From NCBI GenBank assembly GCA_964187785.1, contig OZ076413.1, positions 50,594,001 through 50,658,000 of the forward strand: a stretch of DNA of 64,000 nucleotides, written 5' to 3'. Below, piece by piece: positions 27,701 to 39,700 of the stretch. How positions within the stretch are numbered: the first letter of the stretch is position 1; each line of letters opens with the position of its first letter. The stretch comes from Amphiscolops sp. MND2022 (lineage: Eukaryota). The position numbers were made by a program, and so were the translations under genes. Under the pieces are notes generated by a model. That model was not told the origin of the DNA, ran no database searches, and saw only the letters and a list, made by a program, of their open reading frames with translations.

Positions 27701-30700
27701 CTAAAAAATGAACTCACGACCTGATGTCTGGTATTTCTTGGCACTAGTCCACTGAACCGAAATGCCAAATAACTCAGTTCTTTTATGATAAAAAGTTTTA
27801 AATCTGCCAGTTGGCCTGTGTCTTAAAATAATCACAAACATAGTCGTGTCTTGTTACAGAAAGGCCGACTAAAGTTTTTTGGTGTCCAGGAAAAATTGGA
27901 TGAAAAACTTCTAACAGTATCTGATGAGTTTCTTTCATTTGCATTAAGGAAAAAGCGACATGCTAGTTCCGTTAGCTTTTAGTTACCGAATGGTGATATT
28001 TTTGTATATTCAGATCAACTGCAATGCAACAACCTGTCAAAAGTCAGGTCCAAGAGTTTGATGCCTCGGTTTTTTAGTCGGCGCATTTTAGTAGAAAATG
28101 TGCCCGACTATTACAGTGGGTAGTTTTTTTTTTAGACACGAAAGTGCCACTTTCTGTCTTTTCTTTTTGTTCTTTGTTCAGTTCATTTCTTCAACAACTT
28201 GGCGAACCTAAGAAGCGCGTCCAAAACGAAAAAGAAAACAAAACAAACAAAACCTCGACAACACACTAACGATCTCCCCTAAGCCTCCCCCCCCCCCCCT
28301 CACTTTTTTTCGGCACTATGCGACTTTTTTTGAAACTTTTTGGATTGCACCAAAGGGTCCCCCCTTTATTTGTTTCGATATTTTAAAACACAATGGATGT
28401 CAGAAAATTCCAAAGGGTCCCCCCTTTTACATTTTTCGGCACTGGACACTGTTCAAAAATCACATTTTAAAATTTTTTTGGGCAATTTTTTTCAGTCCTT
28501 AAAGGGTCCCCCCTTCAATTTTTTTCATATTTTGCAACCAGCTGGAGTTTCACAAAGCCCAAAGGGTCCCCCTTTTACATTTTTCGACACTGTGACACTG
28601 TTCAATTCATTTTTTTTCATATTTTGCCACCAGCTGGAGTTTCACAAAACCCAAAGAGTCCCCCCTTTTACAATTTTGAGCCTTAGATATAGCGCCGACT
28701 TTGGCCGTTCTCGGCTTGTTCCTTTCTGTCGCATAATTAAATGGATTCCACCCACGCGTGTTCGTCTCATACTGTGTTTTTATAAAGGTCTCGTACCGTT
28801 GATTAGATGCTTTGAAATGATTGGGTTTTAGTGGAGAGGCGTGAAGACATCGATTGACAAATCAAAAACGATGATACATTTCTTTTGTGAGTCTCTACCT
28901 CAGCCTCCCAATGGTCAAAGGCACCCCACGCTGGTACAGGACCTGATCAATCAGCTGTATAATGTGAAGTTAGCTAGTTCAGGTTAGCTTTTACTGGTTT
29001 CAACGAATGCTCTAGTCAATCTTAATTAGGAAATTTAAAAATTTGGGTTGATTGTTGTGTTGACCACTGTGCCATAGGGACGTTATTGAACAAAGTTGAA
29101 CTGTTGAATATATACGCATGCGATTAAAATAATATATATACGCATATTAAAATAATCGATGTCTTCGTCATGTGTTGCGAAGCACCACTTCGCCTCTGTG
29201 TTAATGTTAGAGGCTTTGGATGCATTCAAAATCAAGTACTTAGTTAATATGGTAAAAGTGCACAGTGTACAAAAAGTGGACCATTCAGAGTGAGGCTGAC
29301 AAAAAAATCTAGTAACTGTAATAGTCAGACTTTTTCCTTATTGGAAAAGAGCCGACTAAAAACAAGACGCACGCTGAGCAGCGAGGTATTTTCTGCCTCT
29401 GTGTTAACAGTGTAATTTGTGTTTGGTTCGAATTGAACAGTTTAGTACATATTTTTGCAATTCACTACAATTCCGGAGCAACCATGGGTGAACCACTCCA
29501 TACTTGGGCCTTAATTTTTAGAGCTGAAATTCGCAGGTTTTCAACGAACTTTTTCTTTCTAGTTGATGAAGAAACTATACAAAGCAGAACAGATTCTATC
29601 AAAAGTAAACTGCAAAGATTGTCGACGCTGTTGGAGAACAAGAAGCCTTTGAAGAAAGAAGACCAGTTTGTGGACAAAATGAAAGACTTCGAAAAGAAAG
29701 CTGGGGGTCAATTGGAAGGCATTGACAAATTAATTACCAACTATAAGAAGGAATTTTCTAAAGTGGTCATCAATTTTTTCATGGAAGACGCTAAACTCAA
29801 CGTCAAGGAGCTGTTCGAATCTATTGCAATCTTTCTCAACGATCTGCAGGTCAGTAAAAGGAAATGTTTTCAATGAAATTATTATCCATAATATCTCGCA
29901 ATAATACCTTAGATGTACCATCTCAATGAATAAAAGACGGCTTTTGCGACGTACGGCGACAACTCATATCAATTTGAAAAGGCGACGACTAGTATCAAGC
30001 GATAGCTGATATCAATCAAAACTCATATCAGAAAATTAAAATCTACAAAAAATTATTCCAATTATTTTATTAGATAATTACAGAAAATTAGATAATTGAT
30101 AAAAAATTATTAGAAATTACAAAATAGTAGCGAGAGTTCTTGGTAAATATCAAGGTAACTTTGGAATTTCTAGTTGTAGTTGATTATGTTTGTTAATAAT
30201 TTGTTCTTGAAGTAAAATTTAGGTATTTGTAACCTATCGGCAAACTTGATATGTGTTGTCGGTTTTTCAAATTGATATGAGTTGTCGCTTTTTCAAATTG
30301 ATGAGTTGTCGCCTGATATGAGTTGTCGCTATGCCCTTTTGCGAGGACGGCCCAAAGACCTCAACTATATTCGTTGTAGGAATGTTCAGAAGAAATAGTG
30401 AAAGAGCGTGAAGACAAGGCCAAAGAGGAAAAGAAGAAGAAAGAGCAGGAAGAAGCTGCTTTGAAGAAGAAAAACAAACCGAAAGCCAATCGACCTTGCG
30501 ACATCAGCGGTTAGTTGAAGTGGTCAAACTTTAATATATAGAATAATTTCTCATCTTGTAGTTTTTTTTGAATGGAGATAGTATGTTTGAATAAAAGCAT
30601 TCGATAGTTGTGAAGAGGGTTGGCTCATCATAATCACTTGAATCATTCATTTTAATTATGACTGGAAATTTTGGACCATGAAGAAAGCAATGGTACAGTG

Positions 30701-31208
30701 TGGTATAAATAATACTTAACCCCACGCCCCATGAAGTTGATCAAGTCCTTAAGGGGGAAATTAATATTATCGGATTTCTATTGAGTGATTTTAACGTATG
30801 ATGATGATAATGCCACATTTTTTAGAAGCATCATTGAAGTCAAAATATTTGGCAAAATTATTTGATGCATAAAAGTTCTGAACTCATAACTAAAGTTGAT
30901 TGAGTTCTTTTGATTCTAATTTTCATGAAATGTATCTTGATTGGAATGCAACTTTGGTTGCTTTCGGGTGCAATTACTTCAGTTGTAAATGTTACAAACT
31001 TGTGTTCTTTTTAGATATGAAAGAAGACCAAACTGATATCCTGGACATGCTGGGCAAACATTCTTCTGCCATCCAGAAAATGCGTCAGAAGAGAAACAGA
31101 ATTACAAAAGAGAAAGCCACTGGGGCCGATTCTCAAGCTATCCCGAATATCCTGAAAAGAAACCAGCTCAATGTGCGCGAATCTTTCATGGTCCATCATC
31201 CCCGATGA
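12731..31208 (+). CDS. DIAPH: Diaphanous-related formin (GBD/FH3-FH1-FH2-DAD), multi-exon
   Basis: Phase-consistent GT-AG exons: 12731-12874, 15606-15633, ~15708-15965, 16709-16789, 16864-17035, 17574-17839, 19475-19865, 20161-20280, 20495-20880, 21280-21568, 23413-23446, 23667-23938, 25052-25163, 25407-25499, 25728-26014, 26530-26682, 28832-28982, 29563-29849, 30380-30509, 31015-31208. Motifs: GBD LSIAIKSNPIPWIAEF; polyproline FH1; FH2 lasso tryptophans (VYWKK, SVWIK), GNILN and GVKTS; DAD-like DILDMLGKHSSAIQKMRQKR. The start codon is tentative. Confidence 0.9.
13514..13999 (+). mobile_element. piggyBac-like MITE (family 2), TTAA TSD
   Basis: ttaa|cccgacagt ... actgtcgagg|ttaa; second copy at 22606-23195. 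Confidence 0.75.
14116..14658 (+). mobile_element. HINE/DINE-like element
   Basis: 5' palindrome tagtcggcgcattttagtagaaaatgtgcccgacta; 3' end gagccttagatatggcgccgactttggccgtt; T-rich flanks. Confidence 0.75.
14881..15318. mobile_element. Foldback MITE, GG..CC termini, 8-bp TSD (Merlin-like)
   Basis: gccttgcg|ggttacatgacatttc ... gaaatgtcctgacacc|gccttgcg; long inverted arms built of ttcaacc/ggttgaa repeats. Confidence 0.85.
17989..18648 (-). mobile_element. HINE/DINE-like element containing a (CCT)n microsatellite
   Basis: Family ends in reverse orientation; internal CCT tract. Confidence 0.7.
18188..18235. repeat. (CCT)~16 microsatellite
   Basis: Read directly; it is an expansion of the cctcctcctc motif present in other copies of the family (e.g. 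~27227). Confidence 0.95.
22606..23195 (+). mobile_element. piggyBac-like MITE (family 2) with non-canonical ATAT TSD
   Basis: atat|cctcgacagt ... actgtcgagg|atat; homologous to 13514-13999. Confidence 0.8.
24152..24665 (+). mobile_element. HINE/DINE-like element with an internal tRNA B-box-like segment
   Basis: Family ends; internal ggtcgtgggttcgattctcg at ~24326-24346. Confidence 0.75.
27026..27707 (-). mobile_element. HINE/DINE-like element
   Basis: aacaagccgagaacggccaaagtcggcgc ... gcgccgactaaaaaa. Confidence 0.75.
28074..28720 (+). mobile_element. HINE/DINE-like element
   Basis: Close relative of the 14116-14658 copy, with an internal duplication of the gcaaccagctggagtttcacaaa block. 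Confidence 0.75.
29950..30335. mobile_element. MITE with 9-bp TSD
   Basis: cttttgcga|cgtacggcgacaactcatatca ... tgatatgagttgtcgctatgcc|cttttgcga. Confidence 0.8.
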
Positions 31209-31779
31209 GGCTCCACTTCATGATCTAATTCACTTCTAGTTGATATTCTTATTAGCTTTTTTCAATTCCAGCTTTATCTTCAATTCAAGTTTTGTTACTT
31301 TCTGTTTGAAAAGTTTCCAAGTTCAGTTTGTTCATTCCTGGGAGAACATGCTCCCATTGCTCAATGTTGACAAAAGAGACAGTCTTGCAACATACGGGCA
31401 ATTGTTGTGTAAAAAAGCATGTGAAGTATACTCTAGCGAATGACCTTGAAATTTAATTTGCGCCAACCACAGCATATTGGACTCTCTGAGGATTATAAAT
31501 TGTGGATAATAGTGTATCAAAAAATCTGTAAATTGACATTTTGAAGTCCTTTTGCTATTTTTGAGCCTTAGATATAGCGCCGACTTGGGCCGTTCCCGGC
31601 TTGTTCATTTGAATGTTCGCTCCAAAAAATGTGAAAAGGATCAAGGGATAGACGATTGGCATGATCGAGGAGTTCCGATAGCGTTGAGAAAAACATGAAA
31701 ACGAATTAATGTTGTCGAATGCTCGGAACGAAAGTCAGAAACTGCTGATTCGTAAATCAATTAACTCGTGCAGGTCAAG

Positions 31780-32494
31780 AAAGTGGCCGCCCGTCTATTA
31801 CAGTGACTAGTTTTTTGTCAGTCTCACTCTGAATGGTCCACTTTTTGTGCACTGTGCACTTTTACCATAAGTACTTAGTACTTACAAAACCATTCCAAAG
31901 CAGAAGGGTCCCTCCTCCCTTTCCACTTTTTTCGGCACTGAGACTTTTCTTGGAAAATTTTTTTGCTGCACCGAAAGGTGTTCTTTACTTCAGTTTTTCT
32001 CGGCATTGTGAGACTTTTCCCCAAAAGATTTGCCCCCTTGTAGTTATTTTGATTTTCTGCAACCAACTCAATGATAAAAAAGCGCAAAGGGTCCTCTTTT
32101 GCGTTTTTCGGCACGATGGGACTTCAAAGTTCTCATTTTTCGTATGATATTAGGTTTTCTCAATATATATCAACCAATAATTTTTTTTCAATACTATCTA
32201 AACTTTTGCTGTATCCGTAGGTAGTAACTTGTGTTTTACTAAGGAGGAAGCGGATGTTTGAAAATATTGCGCTAACTCCGAACTATGACGTTACATCCGA
32301 AGTAAATTGTGTTTTACCAAGGAGGGGACATATGGTCGAAAAAAACGCTACCATGTGGCCCAGCACGCTATATTCCGAACTTCTTGAACGTTTTCCGTGC
32401 ACGAAACTTTAAAAAACGTCCTTTGAGCATGATTTAAAAACTGCGCTTTTTGAGCCTTAGGTATAGCGCCGACTTGAGACGTTCCTCTCTTGTT
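31780..32494 (+). mobile_element. HINE/DINE-like element (5'-degenerate)
   Basis: Internal family blocks and the 3' end gagccttaggtatagcgccgacttgagacgtt. Confidence 0.65.
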
Positions 32495-33899
32495 TATTAT
32501 AAAAGCCACAGTTTTGGAGCAGACTTTGATCCACTGCACTGTTTTGTCACCGAAGGGGGAATCCGAAATCGAGCAGTCCCATTGCCAAGGAAAATACATT
32601 CTATTTTTAATAGATATTAAAGCAGAGCTGTCTGCTAGGGTAGTTTTTCTAAATCCCCCTCCTTGTGCCAGAAAAGTCTACGGCATAACGATTTTTTTAC
32701 ATAGATTGCTGATCAGGTCGATGTTTGATTCCCACTTGCAATCTTCAGCCGCCCTTTTTTCAATCCGATCGGAGTGGCACAAAAGTTCTGCAAGTCTAAT
32801 ATCGGAAGGGCCACGGTTGTTTACAGTCTTTGCTTTCATTTTTGACATTTTGATTCGAATTAAAAAGATGTGCGTGTTTTTAGTCGGCGCTTTTATGAAA
32901 TAAAAACTCGACTATTACATTGACTTCTGGACGTTTTTTCCGATCCTTTTGGAGGTTCAAAATATTGTGCTATATCCGAATTTTTGACGTAATATCCGAC
33001 GTATATTGCGTTTTACTATAAGAAAAGCACACTATATTTGATAATTTTTGACTTATCGGAAGTAATTGATATTTCTTTTGAGAATAAAAGCAAGAAAGTT
33101 CTTTCAGGACCAAAATGGTCCCCCTTTGGGTTTTTCTGGTACTGTGAAATTGAGAGTTTATTCAAAAGAGAATCTTTGACCCTTGGAAGTACTTCTGCTC
33201 TTTTTGAGCTTTAACGGGGCTCCGTTTCCTGCTTGTTTTTCACCAATGCGACTGGAAAAGTTTTTCACTTCATACAAGTTTCACGTTTCAACTTTAAAAA
33301 GCTCAAAGACTATTTTTCGACAGCGTGAAGTTTTTTACAACACCCTTATAGCAAAATTAAAAACTTCTTTAGAGAAGGTTCAAATTAGAGGCATTTATTA
33401 GAATGTTCAAATTCAAAATTTTCTAATGGTATACACGGGGGTGTGAAAATGAATTTCGAAATATTCTAAAATTTACCTTTGTAATACCCACACGGAATAT
33501 TTTTTTCGTACAAAAACTAAAGCAAGTTATCGTTTGATTTAAAAACGTACTTAGTCAAACATTTAATAGTTTGACGAAAAACTTTTTCAGCGAAATAGCG
33601 AATTTGAAATGAGCGGTTTGGCAATTAGCGAAAAAATAGCGATGTCAAAACCATGATTCAGCCTTGATACGCCAATTATGTGGGGCTCAATGCATCACAA
33701 AAAATTCCATCACGAGTTATCATGAAAGAAAACATTGGTGAACAGCCCTACACATGTCAGTGTCTGTAGTAATAGTCTTACTGATAGAGCTAACTACCAG
33801 TTGGAAGTACAGGAAACTCCGGTTAATTAGCATCCCGATAATTCGGATCTTCTAAATCAGATGTTTCTGAGACCTCATTGCGTGTAGACATATATATCA

Positions 33900-35150
33900 T
33901 CGAGTCTTCGGTCCCTAGCGATACGAAATAGGCGGATTCCACTGTATTGAGAAAAATAACTAACTTGAGAAAAGTTTTTCGGCTGTCAGTTTTGCAGTCC
34001 CCCATTCGCTATTGCTTCTTCTTTGAAGTACTATTAAATGACCCATTCCGTGAAAAAACCTTTCGGTTGCAATCTTTGCGACATTGAGTGTTAATTTTGA
34101 GCACCATATAGGATTGCTCACCAGAGAATAGTTATCCAAGGGTGAATTTTGTGACGCTACTTCCACCTAGCTTGAGACTCTTCACCATAAAACTCAACTG
34201 TGCAGTCACAGAAATTTATACCAAATATGAACGATGTCCATTCCGGAAATACTTTTCAACGTAGGCCATTTTTGTTCCGATTAATTGATGTCGGTAGTTT
34301 TTTCATGCAACGTTTAAAGCAATTTATTTAGTCCTGCTAATTTGGATAGTATGACCTGCATAAAGAGCCTTGAAAATAGTCGTCATTTACCAACAGTCAA
34401 TGACTTGACCTGTCTTTTCTGTATCTCTGGTATGAAATTATGGACAAACTATCACTTTTCGCTCGAAGCTTTAGCAATGTTGAAAATACCCGAAATTTAT
34501 CATTCCAAATGCAGGCTAGTTGCAGTTTGTAAAACGGATTTAATCTAGAGATCAACCAATTTCCCTGAGTCCGCGGTTGCTTCGAAGGATATATGCGATA
34601 GTAACTAATTTCAAATGTAACTGAAGCTTTATGATGTTTCATTTTAGCTTCTGAAACTCTAGTTGATACTCCATACAGACTTGAAACTTGTATGTCTCTT
34701 TTTGACAGATGCCATTTGGTTTTTAAGATAGAGAAATTATTATGGTTGTTTTTATTCGATTGAATGCATTTTTACTTCAGGTGCAACTACTGTGGTATGT
34801 TTTTTGAGAAGCTCGCCTTCGATTTTGTTTTAAGGAAATTAATTTTTTTGTTCCTTTTTCCAACAGCTTAGGCATTCTAAATATTCAAACCTTCGTAACA
34901 AATTCTAGCTCACTCTTCTGTTCTTGGAACCTTTTTTAAACTACCAAATATCTTTTGGGTTACTGGAGTTTTTGGCGGATAGACTCGGAACGCTTTTTCG
35001 ATCATTTGATGCCATGGAAGCCTACTTTTTTGTGATTCCATGTTACGGTGAATGCCGAAGCGGTTAATGGAAATGCTTAATGAGTCGGTCTCTAACTTCA
35101 ACAGTGCATCATCGAGTATTATTTTATACTATTGTCGAATACCTTTTTGT
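33900..35150 (-). pseudogene. Possible pogo/CENP-B-like (pipsqueak HTH) transposase remnant
   Basis: Broken minus-strand frames resemble psq HTH repeats (YSKIILDDALLKLETDSLSISINRFGIHR; LSKRDIQVSSLYGVSTRV); many stops. Confidence 0.35.
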
Positions 35151-35514
35151 TGAAATGGTACCATTTATTGAAAATGGTACCTTTTTCATTTTTCAATGTT
35201 TTGGTACTGTTGGGTTCGAATTCTTCTTTTTGTAAAATTCACTATATAGATAGATTGCCTCTCCTTTGTTATTGCGTTTAGATTTTGACCGTTACACGCT
35301 TAGATTGCTGTTTCACTTTCTGTAGATCATATTTTTTGCGACTTCATTGATTGGTTTCACATCACAGTTTACAGTTGTCCTCAATTTGTTCAATGCTATT
35401 TTGCTACAATTGTCCATTTTGATGAATTTAGTTTAAAAAACACTGAATTTCCTCACATTATGATAAAATACAAAAGATTTCACATATACGAGGGCAGTGT
35501 AAAATTCAAATTAA

Positions 35515-36010
35515 TGATAATAATAATTATTGTAAATTACTTATTCAAATTATTATTTAAATCGATACTCACTCCAACATTTCCGGCTATATTGCGGTCT
35601 ATCAACTTGACTTATGGATTTCTCAGTAAAATATTTCTTTAGTCTCTTCTTCAGTGTATCATACGTTTGATTTCCACTTTTCATTTTATCAGGCAAAACG
35701 TTCCACAGAGGTACTACTCTCTTGAACAGACTGTTTCTCATTTGTTCACTTCTTGTATGAGCATGATAGTACAATTTCTTAATTCTATCGTGACTTGTTA
35801 TACGGGCGGTTTCTAAATTGAGCTGGGAAAAAGCGGGAAGATTATGCTTCCATTTCCAGAAAAAAATTTGATAGCGTTCATGTCTAACGTCTTCCGAACT
35901 GATATGATACCGTGTTTTATTCTCAAATCCTGCGCTGAATCCATTTTATATCTATTGAAACACGCTTTTATACCCCAATTCAATTGTTTGGAACACCAAT
36001 GAGCCAATTT
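35515..36010 (-). mobile_element. 3' fragment of a LINE (CR1/L2-group-like)
   Basis: C-terminal LINE motif TRSEQMRNSLFKRVVPLWNVLP followed by a (TTA)n-type tail. Confidence 0.6.
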
Positions 36011-36125
36011 GATACTTTTACGGATTTGATACTTTTACGAATACAATCCGCAGCTTGTAAGTTTTTTCCGTAGTGATTTCGCGGTCTATATTTGAAGAAG
36101 TATGGTAAACTATGGCTATACAATT

Positions 36126-36707
36126 TTTAGTCGGCGCTTTTCGAAGAAAAACGCAGACTATAGTAGTGACTTCTTTTTTTTAGTCGGCGCTTTTCGAAGA
36201 AAAACGCAGACTATAGTAGTGACTTCTTTTTTTAAGACCAACGAACTGACAGATTTTATAAAGAGTTATAAATAGCTGAGCTGACTTCACTGCAACGCTA
36301 GCTATCACTGCTGGCACTTGGCATAGAGGTTAATTAAGCTTTTTGAGGTCTGCCAAGCAGAAGGACGTGGGTTCGAGTCCCGTCCTTGATCAAATTTTTT
36401 TGTGCAGGTTTTTTTCGGCTTTGTGAGACTTTTTTCGCAAATTTTTTTAATGTCTCCAAAGGGTCAACCCTTCATTTTTTTCTATTTTGCATAAGAATGG
36501 ATGTTCAAAACCTCCCAAAGGGCCCCTTTTACAATTTTTCGGCACTATGCGACTTACCCGAGACCAAAAAATTTCGAAAAAAAATTCGGATTTTTTTAAA
36601 TTTTTCCTCACGCGGGTACTGTAGAAGAGAATACTTGACACTTTGAAGTCCTTTAGCTATTTTTGAGCCTTAGATATGGCGCCGACTTGGGCCGTTCCCG
36701 GCTTGTT
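36126..36707 (+). mobile_element. HINE/DINE-like element with a tandemly duplicated 5' end and a tRNA-like T-arm
   Basis: ~52-bp 5' block repeated twice (from ~36126 and ~36178); gacgtgggttcgagtcccgtc at ~36364-36384; canonical 3' end. Confidence 0.8.
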
Positions 36708-36759
36708 AGACTTAATGTGACTTCTATTCGAAGAGACCAATTTGTCTTTTTAGGTGGCC

Positions 36760-39700
36760 ATGATCTATCCAGTTGGCACTTCGAAAGTCCTCAGGGGAGC
36801 ACAGTACATCCAGAGTATCCAGTTTTCCCCCAACGGGATATATGTAGTTTTTCTTTCCAGAGATGCCCTCAATATATTTTTATCACACGTGAGTAATCAA
36901 AATCAAAAATTCTGTTAACCGCCGATCTCTTTGTAAGCTGCATTTATATTTTTGAAAATTGATTGATGCAATTGGCGAATTTTTAGTGTTGCTAGTGTCG
37001 AACAAATGTTTTGACCCAACGCCTTATTTGTTCATTATTGCACTATTGCTAGCAGCTAGACGAGATCCAATTGTCCGAAAATGAATTTTCAGTCCCGTTC
37101 TTCCGGAAGCTAATTTTCAATACGTCTTTTCTACCAAGACGCTGGTCAAGAATGACACGTCGCTTCGTTTCACTCCTGTATTCATGTATTAAATGCAAAG
37201 GGACGCTGGGAATCACGATTGTATATTTGATTGTAGGAAAACTTCCAGAATATTGAGTTAAACTGAGTCAAACGAATAAACATCGCAAATTTACACTGGA
37301 CAAATGAAAGTTTCCCTGATAAATATTATCAATGCAAGACTTGTCGTCACAGGGCATCAACTACCGTGACGCATTAAAAGTTTGTCTATAGGAACGGTAC
37401 TGATTGTCGGTATCAACAAATTAAAATTGTTTAATTGCTCTTTCAGTTTCGAACGGAGCTTTGAGTATACAGTACTGTGATTCGGAAATCATCCCCCGGT
37501 CAAAAATTGTTTTATAATCAATCAACTCTCCCAAATCTACCGGTCATGGATGGTTTTTGATTTCGAACATAACAAACGTTTTCGAAAAATCAGTCTCAAA
37601 AGTTGATATTTTCTCATTTTACATGTACAAGATAGGATATGAAGTTTTTGAGGCGAAAGTTACTTCGTTTCCTGAAGACAAACAAGTTTTACATCGAGCC
37701 AATTGCATAGTTTTATTTTCTATTTCATTTCATTCACTATCTAATCATGGGACGTGCTTGTTCTATTTTGATTTCAATTTTTTTCGACAGAAGTCATAAA
37801 AAGAATCTGCTAATTAAACTAATTTCGTTCCAGGTCCCTAAATTTATGAGAAAAGCTGAGATAAAAAAATATCACCATGTGTAATGCTATCTTTGCTTAC
37901 ATGCACTCCTAGTTGTTTCTTCCAGATAAATGTTCAGTTTTTTGCTTACTGGTACATCAGTAGTGCGTTGTGATTAATACGTGTCGGAGCAGTGGGGGGA
38001 GGGTTGGAATTTAACAAAAATTTCCTCAGCCCCGGAATCCAACCGGAGACCTCAGAAATGAAAATCAAAGAATCTAACCACTATGCTTGGAGACCATCCC
38101 AACCAGTACATACAGGTTTTTGAATAATTCATTCATTCATTCCGTAAAAGTTATCTGAGACGGTTGACACTGCAGGAACAAGAACAGGACGCAGTTGATT
38201 TGGGTAGTGCTTTTGACCCTCACGTTTGCTCTTGCAATTCTTACAACTCCAAAATTATTGACTACTAATTCTCAAAACGACTCAACCAACAACAGTAAGA
38301 ACACTACAGACTCTTTTCCAGAAGAATTTACAGGTTATTGCATGAGTGGTGGTTACTGCTTTTACCTAGAAGAACAAAAAACAGTCGCGTGTGAATGTCC
38401 GGATCTTCACGGAGGAAAAGGTGTGAAAAATTTCTATGGTACACCTGGAAATGCAAATGGAAATGTTTACATGAAATGTGCAAATGGAAACCTGAAAAGA
38501 CTCGTACAGCGCTTTTTTCAGCAAAAATTCATGAGAGATGAATGATTGATTTTTCGGAACTACGTTTTGGCTTTATGTCACGAAATGGCACCTTCAGGCA
38601 AGATTGACCAGTTCCAACCGAAAATTATACCAAGGATCTATTAAAACTACAAAAAGTCAAAAGAATACACGCTAGTCTTGGTTATCCCCGATTCGACTCG
38701 ACTTGCCAACAATTATGAACAACTCTGGGCATGTCGCGCTATCGAAGATTGTCCTCACAGGTATCATCATCAGAGCAGAATCCATTGTTTCCTATTGGCT
38801 TCGAAAATCAAACAACCATTTGCTGATGAATTCCGATACTTCATGTATGTAAACTTCATTTTGCTGTATTTGTTTAGGAAGTTGACTATGGCGCTTTTCA
38901 TCTTGGATCCTTTCTGTATTTCTGCAAACATCGAAACTACTCTAGCCAAAGACTTTTGATTTTGAACACAGCGAAGCAGGAAGAAGCATTTTGCTTTTAT
39001 TACGATAACAACAGCTTGCTCCCGTTTCTGGTTGTGTTGATTATCCTCAAATTTCTCTCTCCAGCTTTTATGCTAATACGACAGTATCAATTCTTATTGG
39101 TTACCGTTAAATTGTGTCACCATTGAAGGAGCAATCATTCTTCCACAAAAATTTTCGCTGATTTTCGCTCAATTGTTAAACTTCAATAAATATATAACTA
39201 AGAAATCAGTTTAAGGTTTCCGTTACAGATTCTAACAAAATTTTCCCAATGAGATTCTGTTCGGGAAGCCAACTTTCAATACTATGCTATTGCAGCCGCC
39301 AGTGAACTTTCTGTATTAGCAGACAACCTATACGGCGTTGTTTGGGAAGCTGGGAGTTACGATCACTCATCCATTTTCGATTTTCTCAACGCGCTCGAAC
39401 TGTGATCTCCAAGTAGTACCGTTTCAACAAAGTTTCTTGAGAATTTTGTTCTTCAGTGTGATGGACTTGGACACTCTTGATTCTCCTAAAGCATCTCAGT
39501 TAAGCTATAGATCAACAAAAGTTTGTCGTAATCATCAATCGGCTTACAAACTGAATCATTGATCTCGAGAAAAAGTGACATTATTCTACAACTAGTTGTT
39601 CAATTGCTTTCAAAAATCCTATCATAACTGCAGTCGATGCAACAGCTAGAGAGGACAACTCACAGCTAACCCTATTACCGAAATTGAGCCTCTCAGTTAC

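Noticed and set aside
28014..28048. AG..GT-bounded possible extra formin micro-exon
   Set aside because: The flanking exons 26530-26682 and 28832-28982 already join in phase into continuous FH2 sequence.
28340..28831. 163-aa ORF and similar KGPP/LSLRYSADFGRSRLV ORFs (14196-14629, 24621, 27324, 36386, 46361)
   Set aside because: These are chance translations of the non-coding HINE repeat family.
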